A DNA stretch of 64,000 nt. It comes from Podarcis pityusensis (taxonomy: Eukaryota). Made by a program: the position numbers and the translations under genes. Positions 25,963-38,888 of the stretch are shown here, one piece after another; position 1 is the first letter of the stretch, and every line of letters starts with the position of its first letter. The DNA lies in the NCBI GenBank assembly GCA_964106645.2, contig OZ067043.1, one strand, 5' to 3'. The notes under the pieces are model-generated. The model saw nothing but the letters and a program-made list of their open reading frames with translations, was not told the origin of the DNA and searched no databases.

Positions 25963-26370
25963 TCAATACTCTCTGAAGCCGTAAAAGCACAACTGAAAAG
26001 CTTAAATGATGATATAGAAAGAAGAGACACATAGGAGTGTTGGAATTTGGTGCCTCTATAGCTGGCGGGATTGAAAAAAACCCTGCTGTCTTTTAGCCAT
26101 TTATTTTATTTCAGTAAACATACTCTTCACCTTGAATTATTTATCCAGGGCAATTTCTTTTCCAACAGGAAAAACGAAAATCACACACTGTGTGGGAGGA
26201 GTTGGCTCCTCAGCGCAGAACAAATTATTTTTGCCAGCTCTGCCAGATGTTCTTTTCACTAAAGAGGTGGCAAAACTCTCTACAATTATCATCAGGTAAG
26301 AACTTGTGGCTGGGAGAGACAGAAAACCTGAGCCCAAATCCCACAGCCCAACAGACTGCCTGATGCTCAC

Positions 26371-26504
26371 CTTTGCCAAACCAGAAAGAAGCTCTAGTGC
26401 AGCTAATGAGATGCTCATTTCCTGCCGCCACTGTGCATTGAGTCTTTGTGTTACCAGGTGAATGCTGCGAATCAGGAGTCCAGCAGCTGTATCTGTATGA
26501 AGAG
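26371..26504 (-). CDS. RALGAPB: RALGAPB coding exon 15 (alternative in-frame acceptor possible 12 nt inside)
   Basis: [44 protein letters not shown]; tcctag| and AAG|gtgagc; 134 nt. Confidence 0.9.
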
Positions 26505-27745
26505 CTAGGATATAAACCCCAATACCACACACCACAGGGAGGGAAAACAACTAAGCATTAGTAACAGTCAGCAAAGCAGTCCATCGGGCAGAAGCTCAAG
26601 CAGCCACAGTACACACAGAAAACACATCCATTTGGGAAGCAAAACATTCACAATCCACACAGATTAAGTAACTTCTTTAGACTATGAATGTTAACTAAAG
26701 AAGTTATTTACTGATTTAGGTATGTGGGTTTTGTTTTGTTTTGAGAAATTAATAAAGAAATTTTTGGGAACACAAATGCTTTCCATATCTCAGGCTGATG
26801 TCTCCAAAACATTGTTTTTCCTATGTTAATCCAGCAGGTTTTGCCAGCTGCAGATGCACTTTAAGGCTATTTGGTAAGAGAGACACTTAAACATGTCAGA
26901 GTGAACTTCATTGAAAACAAAGTATCTGATGCTGTAAAATACTGCTGGGAAATGTCACTTTATAAATGTTAATAAATCAGATCTCTTGTGGAAACCAATT
27001 TGTTACAGTTTTAAACAGAATTTCAATTAATTACGGCCAGAAATTTCTTACATGAAAATTTAGAAAGGGAAATTCATTATCTTTATCTTTGTCCATTCAA
27101 TATGTGGTGCTACAGCATGTGAATTCTGCCCTCAGGATAGAACAATAAAATTCTAGACAACTGATCTTTCTAAACTGCATAGTTAGAATTAAGTGTTTCA
27201 AAAAAATTATTGGAAGGATAAGCTTAGGCTCAAAAATAAAAAATAAAAAAATAGGATCACAATGGAACTGAATTCCAAAATGAATGTTGTTGTTTAGTTG
27301 TATTAATTGATCTGAAGAGAAAAGGGGCTATACAAATAATATTCATTAACTATATATCCACAGAACTGGTTCTGATGCAAAGCCAAGCAATTCTGAGAGA
27401 GGGATCTCCACAGAAGAAATGAGTGAGCTTTATCCTGTCTATCTGCTCCAAATCGGTTCTCTGAAATGGCTTTGCTAAGCCCTGCCCTCCTCAACGGATA
27501 AATTATGGGCAAGGAAAGGACTAGGAAAGAACCCTGCTGTTTCTCTACTTTGAAGTTTCCCTTGCCTAAAGCTTCACTGCTTTTTAAAAACACTGCTGGG
27601 ATTCATTTCCATTTAACATGTAGTTAGCTCGTGATTTGAAAATCATGTATTATTTGATTCTCCCCCCTCCTTTTCCCTATTGCATTATGCATTATATATT
27701 TTTCTTTGCTGTGAGTCGCTTGGAGACCTTTGGGTGAAAAACCAC

Positions 27746-27778
<33 letters not shown>

Positions 27779-27790
27779 AACAACAACAAC
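27746..27790 (+). repeat. Compound microsatellite (GTA)11(AAC)4 at the tail of a short L2-like 3' end
   Basis: Direct reading; preceded by gtgagtcgctttggagacctttgggtgaaaa. Confidence 0.9.
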
Positions 27791-29190
27791 AATTTAGCTG
27801 AATGTCCAAAACCGGGTCAATTGATCATGACTATCCCCATATTTCTAAGCCAAATAATCAGTTTCAAGCAGCCTGTATGGGTTTTAATTAATGGACTGGC
27901 TTTGTCACTTCATTACAGCATCCGGTTCAAAATCAAACTGGGTTCAAAAACAGCTTACATGTTGCATTGCTTCAAGAAAGGCACAATGTGGGAAAGTCTC
28001 TGAAGAGTCTACCTGGACCTTCAACTGCCTGTGTTTCAATAACCTACCTGGTACTTTATCTGGGTGCTAAGTTTTCTGCCTGTTAAGGACAGGCAGTGGC
28101 ACGAGTGAGCCATTTAAATATTTAAGTAGCTGAGACAGGTTGCTGCTCTTAAGAAAGGTGGTATCCCTAAGGCAAGGTTTCTGCCCAGTAAAATTGTGGG
28201 GAATCTTCCGTGTAGAGGAAGGAGAACTGCCTGTTTGCCAATTTCCTCCCTTTAAACTTTGAATATAGGCTCCCATTGTGTTTTCTGGGAAGTTGATTGT
28301 CTGAGGTCTCCTGCCTTCACCCACCTAGGTTGCTTCAAACCCTCACTTGACTGAGCTCTTTGGTTTATCAAATTCAGACATGTATAAATCCAGACAGCTG
28401 GGTAGTCACTATGAACCCCAGGCACATAAAACAGCAGCATCTCACAGCAAACTGGGTTAAGTATGTGAAACAGAAGCATTTCTTGTCAAAACAGACATTT
28501 CAGGTTAAACTCAACTGCTGAAGAAAGACATATAAAACTGCTGCAGATGAAACAAATCCTGTACTGCTCTCCTGCAGTTTTTAATTTTTAATTGCAGGAC
28601 ACTGCTTTTTAACACATTTGTAGCAGGCACAAAACTGGAGCGCTAGAACATGGCATACAACAATTAGCCGACACTCCATAATCAGCCTTCGATAGATGGA
28701 AACATACAAAAGTGCATGAAACTGAAGCAACAATGAAGAACTGGGACACCACATGATATATTCAGTTTTATCTTCCCTGAAGTTGCAATGGGGTCAGAGT
28801 GCTCCGACACAGGAGCAGCTGAGCAGAAGAGGTCACGGATAATGGCATCATCTCAGAGAAACCAAACTACATCCTGTGTTATCAGGCAGTATCTTGAAGG
28901 CTTTTAGTCTAATGAGAAAGCAGTGGTGGCAGTCCCTGGGATTGAGGTGAAGGAACACAAAAGCTGCAGCAAGGGAACTGGTGGGTTGACTAAATAAAGA
29001 GCTGGAATGCTCCCAGCATTCTCACTGCTACTCATAATCCTTCCTCACTAACCCATCATAATGATTTTGCTAGTTCATAATAAAGCATCTATTACACTCT
29101 TTCCCTTGCTTTTTATATTATTAAGGACTACAAGCTGTCTACATTATTTCAAATGGGAATCTCCTTAGCATTAAAAAAAAAATCATTTTA

Positions 29191-29385
<195 letters not shown>

Positions 29386-29537
29386 TCAAGTTAGAAAACA
29401 GGCTGTTGAAGGGCTGAAGATTACCCTCCCACAACTGAGTCGGGCATCCTTCGTGCTCTGGCTATGCGATAACCTGATGTAACACCAACAAGGAATCTGG
29501 CACCCTTTTCCAAAACAAGGAAAACAACCCATCTTAC

Positions 29538-29602
29538 CGTCTCCATCTGGCAGCCGATGGCTTCTAGGAGTGCAGAATCTTGCACGATGTTCAGCATTGC
29601 AC
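29538..29602 (-). CDS. RALGAPB: RALGAPB coding exon 13
   Basis: AMLNIVQDSALLEAIGCQMET; ctacag| and ACG|gtaaga; 65 nt. Confidence 0.92.
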
Positions 29603-32073
29603 CTGTAGAGTTTAAAATGATAGAATTTTATATTTAAAGTATGTACAATTTTTTAAAAACACACCCCTTATACCAATATATCCAAGGGCAATGATATACG
29701 TGCGAACACTCTGCTTTGAATTTTGTGAGAATTACCTCAAATTTTGGTAAAATTCTGTTTCATCTAGCAAATTGGTATTTTAGTAGTACTGGCCAGATGG
29801 ACACCCACCTCATCTTTTTGTGAAAATCCATCAAGTAACACCCATCCCCACCCTGCAAAAGGAAGGATATGCTCCCTGTTTTTGGAAACAGTAAATAACA
29901 ACTTGGAAAGAAATTTCAAAGTTTGACGAATCCCACTCCAAGTAGAAGCTCAGTGGAAATCTGCTAGGAAAATAGAAAGTCTCGGTCCCCCACCTTCAAA
30001 TTATATTTTGCTGTTTCTAAGCTACTACTGTTTCACATTTTATCATCTTAGCATTTTTGTAAGTGAGTTAAAAATAATATAGGTATACCTAACACTTGGG
30101 ATTGTATGCAAAGCAGTAGTAAGTCATGGTCCATCAGCAAAAGGATTTCTCCATGGGTAGTGGAACCCCCCCACCCCACCCCAACCTTAGCTATAACTGT
30201 TCTACAGTTTCCCCCAATCCTACAGGCTGCAGGCAAGAGAGGAAGGGGGAAGGTCCCATTGCACAAGTGGAAATCCATCCGCTAACAGGATGCATTAACT
30301 GGATACTGTTAGCTAACAATCATGATCCAAATTTTATGTCATAATACAAGTCTAAGGGTAGAATAAAATGTAGCACTAAGGAGATCGTCTCATCGGTTCC
30401 ATTCTCCCAACTTCCTAGAATGGATTTGGGAGAGGCTTGGGGGAGGGAGGGCTGCAGGCGAGGAGAGGAGGAGACCCTGTACTGGCTTCCACTTATGGAA
30501 CCAAGTAGTTGAATCTGGCCCTAAACAAACTTGCTTTCAACTAAATTTCTATAAAACTTCCTTTCCACTTACTTAAATTCCACCTTAGCTGATGAAGAGA
30601 CACTTTTGGATGAAATCCAGTGTTAGAATAAACCCGCTGAGTATGACTTATTGCAGTCATCACCCCTTCAATTCCTCTGAGGTCTCACTACCTTTAAAGA
30701 TGAAGGCCAGAGTGTTCTGCAAAAACTCCACTAAAATTCTTATTCAGATTGCATTAAAAATAAGTTACTGCAGTGAAAGCCCAGAGGGAATGTTCTGAAA
30801 AGATCAGACATTTATGTGCTACTACAAATTTAGAGCATAAGGAAAGAAAAAAAAATCTAATGATACAAAGGGGTCCTAAAACAGAAATGTTGCAGAATGG
30901 GATGCACCAGTTTAGTATTCTGGTCATCCACCCATTCCCTCTAAGATACTCCATTCCACCCCCACATTTTACTTCTGCTTGCTCTGAGCATGTTCAGTCT
31001 TCATTGGGCTGTTTTGGAGTTCCTCCTTTGTGGTTTTTTTAGCGGTGAACAGCTCTGAAATAAGCCTGTTGATACCTCCCTTTTGTGTATGGATGGTGCC
31101 TTCCTGCCTATATAAGGATGGCACCTGGAGAATGCAAATTATAATGCAGAATGTTACAGCAGAAGTTGCAAACCTATCTACTGTATATGCTTTGAATTTA
31201 ACCCAGTGATATAATTTATATGAACATTATAAGCCAAAAGCAAAAGGCAGCTTTGAAGGTTTACCCAGAAATACAGAACTAGATAAAACAAAAGAGACAG
31301 AGAATGGCATACATTAACACAGGAACGTAATCAACGAGAGCTAAAACTGTAGAGAGTTCTCAGAAAAATATGGTGTTCAGTTTTAAAGGCAAAACAGGTG
31401 TGGCTCTTAAAACAAGGCTGAACTAGAATGCTACCTGTTCTAGAACTTGTCCCCGGCCACCATACCAATACCATACCATAAGCCAAATTATTCCTTCAGC
31501 TCAGTAATATGTTTGCAAAGCCATTGTCCAAATGTGCCGAGAGTTCTGCCGCCCCCCTGCAAAACATGCAATATCTTTTACACACGTCTTTGATTGTTTC
31601 TTCTTTTTCACATAGCAATGATCCTTACAATGACAGGAGTCATTGCTAAAATACTTGCTAAATTATTGTAGGGCTAGAACATTTACATGAAGAGCACCCC
31701 CTTGGAGGTTAAGGGCAAAATCCTTGAATATTCTTCTGATCCCAGGAATAACACGATCCAGAAGAGCCAACGTGTAGCACTGTTTGGTACCAACTCCAAT
31801 ACTTGTGGCACTCTCTTGGTCTGGATTATTCTCAGGGAGTGAAGCCACATCGAGGCCATTCCCCACTCTGCTTCCTGGACATTTGTTACTGTATCTGCCT
31901 CTTAATCAGTTCCATGGCACTATGATGCTGCTGTTTCCTTCAACCATGGAAGCTTTGGCTGGCTGCGGTTTTTCTCTCTGCGCTCGTAAATTCTGCCTCC
32001 TGCCACTGGAACGTGACACCACTCAGGTAAGGCTACTGTAAACTATAAACTACCAAGGGCATGCACATTTTCA

Positions 32074-32277
<204 letters not shown>

Positions 32278-32890
32278 TTATAATCTGTAGTCATATGCAT
32301 GAATTAGCTCTAGCAGTACTACCATGTATTCTTAGTGACCTTTTACAAAGTTCACAAATCTACTTTAGTCCCATCTAATTTTTCTAATATATGCCCCACC
32401 CAAAAAAGAAAGTGAAAAACTTGACACAGGAAGAATGCTAAACGGAGCCCTTAAACAGACTGCAAAATTGGACTTGATTCAACTCTAGCAAAATGAAACC
32501 AGCAGATCAATGAAGTATAACACAATTTTCTCACTCAACAAACCTGATTTATGCCCAACAAACATAGATTTTAGCCTGAGTCCTATTGTAGTGTCACTGC
32601 CAGTCATATCTGCTCTCTACTAGAAATGACTGTAACAGTGTAATATACACTTTTTCGAATCCTGAAATGTTCCTTTGTAAGCATATGTTCACTGCTGCAA
32701 GAACTCTTATGTTAAGACCACAAATAATTACCCATTCTGTGAATTTCTTTCTTTTTCCCCCTATACAACAGCAGTGAAGTTTTTAAAAATCAACATCATT
32801 GCAGAAGTAATTCATCCTAACTGTTGATTTGAAAGTACAATCCTACATTAAGCCCAAGTTAAATCTTTATAAATTGTCACTGAAAAACTA

Positions 32891-33034
<144 letters not shown>

Positions 33035-33570
33035 TTAAACAAAATCGCCACCAACACATTTGATTTCAAAGCAAAACCCACCCTACTTTAAAGGACAGCA
33101 GCTGCTGCACAAATTTCACCTATGTCATAAACAGTCAGTGTGTGCATCAGGGTTTTCTGATGTCCTGGTAGTGCTGGCTTTGCATAAGAGCCCAGTGTGT
33201 TCACTTTATTGTAAGAATTCGTAAGCAGAAAGCAACATAGGGGATTGCAGTACTTATGCCTAAAGCTAAAAAGCAAGATCCCCAACTTGGTATTAAAACA
33301 GTTAACATTCCCTCAGAATTTGAATATGTTTCAAGCTTTGCACTGTTACATGGGCAAGATGCATGTGGTCTGTTGAAGCACTTGTATGGCTTAAAGCTAA
33401 TCTGGTTCCCAAGGCTACCTGTCTATTTCTTGAAAATAGGAACGCTCACAGCATGGTCAATGAAGCAGAAAGTGGGAACACATAAAAGCAAACTGGCATT
33501 AGATAATTTCTTAAGGCCACATAGACAGGCTCTTTCACTCTCTCTCACTAAGAGAAAACAGAAAAATGAA

Positions 33571-33588
33571 TATATATATATATATATA
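33571..33588 (+). repeat. (TA)9 microsatellite immediately downstream of the coding exon 10 donor
   Basis: Direct reading; starts at intron position +6. Confidence 0.9.
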
Positions 33589-33593
33589 ATTAC

Positions 33594-33761
33594 CTGTCAG
33601 GTAGTATAGTTTCCATGGCTGAAATAAAGTATGGAACTAAGACATCAATCCCTTTCAGGTCACAGCAGAATAATGCAGGAGAGTTTAGAATAACACTAGC
33701 CAGAACCGGATGGCAAACGGAATCCGCTATCTGCAAACCCTGAATTAAAAGCATGTAAAAT
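33594..33761 (-). CDS. RALGAPB: RALGAPB coding exon 10
   Basis: [56 protein letters not shown]; gccag| and AG|gtaatt; 168 nt. Confidence 0.94.
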
Positions 33762-34044
33762 CTGGCAGAGAAAGACAGGCTTAATGAGTTGTAAGAAAGA
33801 AAACATTTGTAATCCAATGCTATTGGGACTGGGTCAGAAGCACAGAAGCATTTTCAGGTGGATATAACAATATCTGTCACCTTGTCTGTTTAAGCAAAGG
33901 CACAGGCTGAACAGCACAATAAATGTCCTTTAGACATTTTGATTACTTATTCTGTACCAAAATGTCATTCAGTTCTCAGGGGTATAAAGGGAATCTCTCT
34001 AACATTTTGGAGTAGTGTAAATAATCTTCAGACATCGAAGAAAT

Positions 34045-34200
34045 TTCCTTAATTGAAAAGGCCCAAACACTCTGAGCTTTCCTCACAGGGGAGTTGCTCC
34101 AGCTCTCTAATCATTTTGGTTGCACCTTTTCCAGTTCTACAATATTCTTTCTGAAACACAGTTACCCAAACATAGTATTCCATGCGATACAGAATGGGGG
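34045..34200 (-). mobile_element. CR1 LINE fragment
   Basis: Minus strand gives KGATKMIRELEQLPCEESSECLGLFN, matching the CR1 ORF2 C-terminal motif RATKMI.GLE.L.YEERL..LGLFS. Confidence 0.75.
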
Positions 34201-34890
34201 GAAATACACAATATGATGCCGCAGCATTTTGCTCAAAATTACATGGAAAATAGGAAGAAAGCTCAATATGAAGTTCTGTCTTACTACTGTCACCCATAAC
34301 ATAGCTGTACCCAACATTTTAATGTTTCAAATAAAGATGCATTGCTTGCTTTTAGTTGAACATTCTCTCCAAGTGACATAAAAAAAATGAACATGGGCTT
34401 CTGTATTTAAATGCATATAAATATAAAGGCAATTATAATGATGAGCTGCACTGTACCCACTCTCTTCCACTGTCCAATACAGCTGTTGAAACATAATGAT
34501 CAAAGTGTTTCTATTTGCTCCATTTCCCTTATATTAAAAGTTTCCAAGTATACATTCAGCATATTAAAGTTCTACCATAGGTAGAAAAAAAGCGCATTGT
34601 GGGTGAAATACTGTATTTTCATCACCTGGGGGAAAAATGGAACCTGTGAAGTAACCTCTTCTATTCATCCCCTTTGACTGATTATATCTAAATGGCAAGG
34701 ACAGTAACTTATCCTACAAACATACAATTGGCCAGATTTGTTTTATTTATTCACTCTAAACCGGGGAGACTCATTAATTTCAATGGGTCTCCTACTTAGG
34801 ATTGATACAACCTCAACATTTGGGCATAAAGGAGCTTTCAAAAGTTGTAGAACCCCTTCTTATCTAACACAGATACTCAGCAGCAGATTC

Positions 34891-35190
34891 GAGCCCTACT
34901 CAGGTGAACTGCTCATGTGTTCAATCCATGAGCATGGAGGGCCATGCAAACTAGCTCTGCCCACATCATCATACATTCCTGCTAGCCTTGTGCTCTGGCA
35001 TCTGCAAGTACAATGCAAACTTCTGCAAGGAGAGAGCCTTCGGCAAGCACTCTCACCCTGCAGATGTACTTCCTGTATGCACAAATGCCAGGAGCCAAGC
35101 TACCTCAAGTGTGTGATGTCAAGGGCGGAGCTAATTGGCAGATGTCATGCGCTGACAGACTGCGGGAACAGTTCCCCTGAACAGGGCTTC
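34891..35190. mobile_element. Degenerate palindromic non-autonomous DNA element
   Basis: Inverted arms gagccctactcaggtgaactg / cagttcccctgaacagggcttc and tagctctgccc / gggcggagcta. Confidence 0.55.
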
Positions 35191-35219
35191 TGAGAAGATA
35201 ATTAAGATTAAATAATTAC

Positions 35220-35421
35220 CGGGATAAGTAGGCTGGCAGTATATCCTCCCCAGTCTTTTTGCTACAAAATATCCTACAAAGTGTTCCACATGCCTCTGCT
35301 CTGCCCGATTCATAGTTGTCTGAAAACTCGCCTGCATCAAACATGGGATTGGATGTCATAGCGTCTGCAGACATTTGTGATCCTTTCCGGCGAAACTCCA
35401 CACTAGCTTGTGTTGCTATAG
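35220..35421 (-). CDS. RALGAPB: RALGAPB coding exon 9
   Basis: [67 protein letters not shown]; ttttag| and CG|gtaatt; 202 nt. Confidence 0.93.
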
Positions 35422-36684
35422 CTAAAACAAAATGAGAAGCACAGAGTTTCATTATATTTGTCAACATACTCAATAGGCTCATGGGATCTGGGACACAAAG
35501 ATCAAGTAAAATGTAGTCATCATAAAAGCCACTAGTTCATTGCATTTGAGTTGCTGCCTCTGTTTATAAAGCATTTAGGGATCATTTGACTACTTCGGTA
35601 AGAAGTGAGAAATTATATCCCTTTAATCTCCACGCACAAGTGTAATCATCTCTTCCCACAGTATTCTATGCTGCACAATCCATGCTGCCAAGCACAGAAG
35701 CCTCGACTCCATTCACATTCCCAGCAACATGCATTAAACAAGGAGGTCCCTCAATAGAGCCCCTAATAATTTTTTCAGGTCTAGGCCACTCATTTTCCTA
35801 GCCTGCTCCATAAATTCTTTGCCATTCAAAAAGCTAGTTCTACGCTTTCAATAGCACAAATCGATCTTAATGCCCTAGTGATCTCCCTTCAACTTTTGAC
35901 ACCGTCACGAATCTACTCTAGGTACCATCTGTGCTACAGAAACTAAGACTGCAATTTCGTGAGTTTAAGACATAGGCCAAATTATAACGAAAACCGTGTT
36001 TGGGAAAATAAAATAATGGGTGGTTGACTTCAGAACTTTCTCCTCTCACGCTGCTTAAAACAAAAACAAAAAAACCCTAAAAGGGACGATCACCAATGAG
36101 CAGGGTGTGCTATTCAGGAAGAAGGGTTAGGATCCACAGCCCTACAGAAAATGCTGGTGCCCTCCACATTCGTATAAAGATGCCCCCTTTTGGTCTACAG
36201 ATCTTCACGCTCTATCAGAGACTGCCCCATAGCCCTACCACCTTCTGGATTCCTTTTTGTGAGAAGCACGAGGGGTGATGGAAAGGTGGGACCTCAGAAG
36301 CTAAGAGCAAAGATGGAAGCTCCTGAGCATATGTAGAAGCTGTGCCTGAATCTCTTCAATCAATTTATTTTAAAATCCACCCAGAAGCTCTGACTATCTT
36401 TTCCTCAACAAAAGTCTAGTTTCATACATTTATAATCCTATATTGTCAGTGATGCCCTATACAAAAAAATTCTCATTGTCAGCCAGATAGGAGGAAGTGG
36501 TCAAGAAGAATGTCATTTCCATAGTGGTTTGCCCGATTTCTGAAAGCTGCTTTGAAATTTCTAGAGAATTTTATAATCCAATTATAAAATTGGATCGACA
36601 TTCACAAGTCTAATTCCACCAATCCTAAAGCAACTAAGTAAGAACAAGCCTACGCTATTAAGGGAACTCCGGGCACAAGTCATT

Positions 36685-36780
36685 TGCAGTCTGATCCTAA
36701 GCATGTTTACTCAAAAGGAAGTCTCGCTGAATTCAAATCAGACTTGCTCGCAAGTAAGTGTGCATAGGATTGCAGCCTAA
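36685..36780. mobile_element. Short palindromic lizard repeat (relatives near 4870-4980, 34760-34810, 38120-38180, 52390-52470)
   Basis: atcctaagcatgtttactc...gaagtc...gacttgctcgcaagtaagtgtgcataggattgcagcc forms an imperfect hairpin. Confidence 0.5.
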
Positions 36781-37325
36781 ATCAGCTAGTCTTACAAACA
36801 GAAGCTCTGCTCATGATTTTGTTGAATGTTACAAATTTTACAGATTGACAATTTAGAAGCATGCCAAGGTCAGATGTATTGTTGTTTTTTTTAAAATTCT
36901 TCACTGATTTTTTTAAAATAAAAAATCTTTTAGAAAGCTAAGCCCAAATCTTTATGCGTCTTCCCATGAGCCATTTTTGTCCTGAATAAACTACCCAGCA
37001 AATTATTATAATTAGGGGGGGAACTACATGCAAAATGCATACAAATCAAAATACTAGTTCTGTATAAAAATAAGCTTTAAGAAAAGAACACGGTTAGTGC
37101 AAAGTCCTTAAATTCATGACATGATCACAGACTAGAGTACAGAAAATGATGGGACTGATTCAGGCAGATTAATTTGCTTTTGCCAACAATCTTCCCCATT
37201 TAAAAAGCCACACACAGTTATTTGTCTTTCCCATGTAAAGAGCAAAAGCTACAAGGGATGATGATGATAAAAATTTAAAAAAAAAATGGGATTATGGAAA
37301 AAATAAAAAAATGACTGCAATTAAA

Positions 37326-37474
37326 NNNNNNNNNNNNNNNNNNNNNNNNNNNNNNNNNNNNNNNNNNNNNNNNNNNNNNNNNNNNNNNNNNNNNNNNNNN
37401 NNNNNNNNNNNNNNNNNNNNNNNNNNNNNNNNNNNNNNNNNNNNNNNNNNNNNNNNNNNNNNNNNNNNNNNNNN
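37326..37474. other. Assembly gap (149 N)
   Basis: Run of N. Confidence 1.
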
Positions 37475-38224
37475 TTAAGCAGCTTTTTAGGTTTTTGAAA
37501 AACTGATTCAAAGCTTATGGTCTAGTAGGCTTGTTAAACACACAGGAAATTAGCATTAGGGTCTAAAATTATGATTTCATGCAGAACAATGAACAAAAGT
37601 TAGAAAAAATATACTGCTGTAAGGGTTAGGTATCTATATTAATGTACATTCAATATTTGTAGTAGAAATATTGCCCCTTCACAATTCAGGCAGTATTTTG
37701 CTTTATTTCATATACCACCAGCTGAAAATCTGCACTAGAAGGAAATCATTGGGGGTGGAGGAGAAAAAAATACAAGCAACCAGCTCACCCACACATTACT
37801 TATATGAAATTTCCATACAAGATGGCCCAACCATTTCCTTTTAGTCAAAAGAAGTACAGGGTAGAATGGAACTCAGGCTTATCCTCACTTTGTGGAAAAG
37901 GGAAAGCTAGAAGATTGCAAATAATCTTAGAAACTCGTTGTTTCAGCCTGCTAGTTTCTTAGTATAAAAACAGCCAAGTGCCTTGCTTGGCTTTGTAGAT
38001 GGCATTGGAAGATTTTTCCCATTGTAGTGTCACCAATCATGAAAAGGGATTCATGTGGGAGTGGGGAGGTGCTGAGTTGAATTCAATGTTAGCCCTGTTC
38101 AGAAATTAAGAGACATAGCTAATTTAGGTCCATTAATTTCAATGGCTCTACTATGAGTAAAACGTAGCCTGCTACAACCCACTGCTTGTTTTCAATGAAT
38201 CCCAAATAACTATTTGTACAAAGC

Positions 38225-38360
38225 AGTTCCCACATGGATGGTAAACCTGTGGCCCTCCAGATATTGTTGGATTCTAACTTCTATCAGCCCCCAGCCAGCC
38301 TGTCTATCAGGCAAGGATGATGGGAATTACATTTCAACATCTGGGTCACAGCTTCTCTCC
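38225..38360. mobile_element. Degraded hAT-type MITE (family of 7736-7871)
   Basis: aacctgtggccctccagatattgttgga...gatgatgggaattac...caacatctgg. Confidence 0.6.
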
Positions 38361-38753
38361 CCCAAACCCCACCCCATCCCACCTGGCTTCAAATATTGTG
38401 TGAACGGCCATCTAGTTTCTCTGTGTTCTATCAAAGGGTTCCCTGCAACCCTTAAGAATATGAGAATAATTCAGATAGAAAGTGAGGGCTCTTCCTCTGT
38501 TTCTTCAAGGGTTCTGCAATCTGTAGCTGCTGTCAACAGGTACCTTCCATATTCTACTGTAGAGGTGTTTTGAATTGCACTTCTACACCTCCTACAGCAA
38601 AAGTCCAATGCTTCTTTTAAGCAACTGCTTGCTTTGCATTGGCCACAACTGCTTGTCTATTCAGATGCAAGGGTTACAAAAAGACATCAACATCAGGGAA
38701 TTTTTTTCATCAATGCATGATTCATTTTCTAGTCTACTGCTGAAGGGTCAAAT

Positions 38754-38888
38754 NNNNNNNNNNNNNNNNNNNNNNNNNNNNNNNNNNNNNNNNNNNNNNN
38801 NNNNNNNNNNNNNNNNNNNNNNNNNNNNNNNNNNNNNNNNNNNNNNNNNNNNNNNNNNNNNNNNNNNNNNNNNNNNNNNNNNNNNNNN
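38754..38888. other. Assembly gap (135 N)
   Basis: Run of N. Confidence 1.

Noticed and set aside
28048-28324. Candidate extra exon (85-aa ORF, good donor CAG|gtaggt)
   Set aside because: The acceptor lacks a pyrimidine tract, the phase-1 join gives an immediate TGA, and there is no similarity to RALGAPB.
31663-32041. Exon-like GC-balanced patch with plus-strand donor CAG|gtaagg
   Set aside because: Minus-strand frames are interrupted by stops, there is no partner exon or acceptor, and no recognisable peptide.
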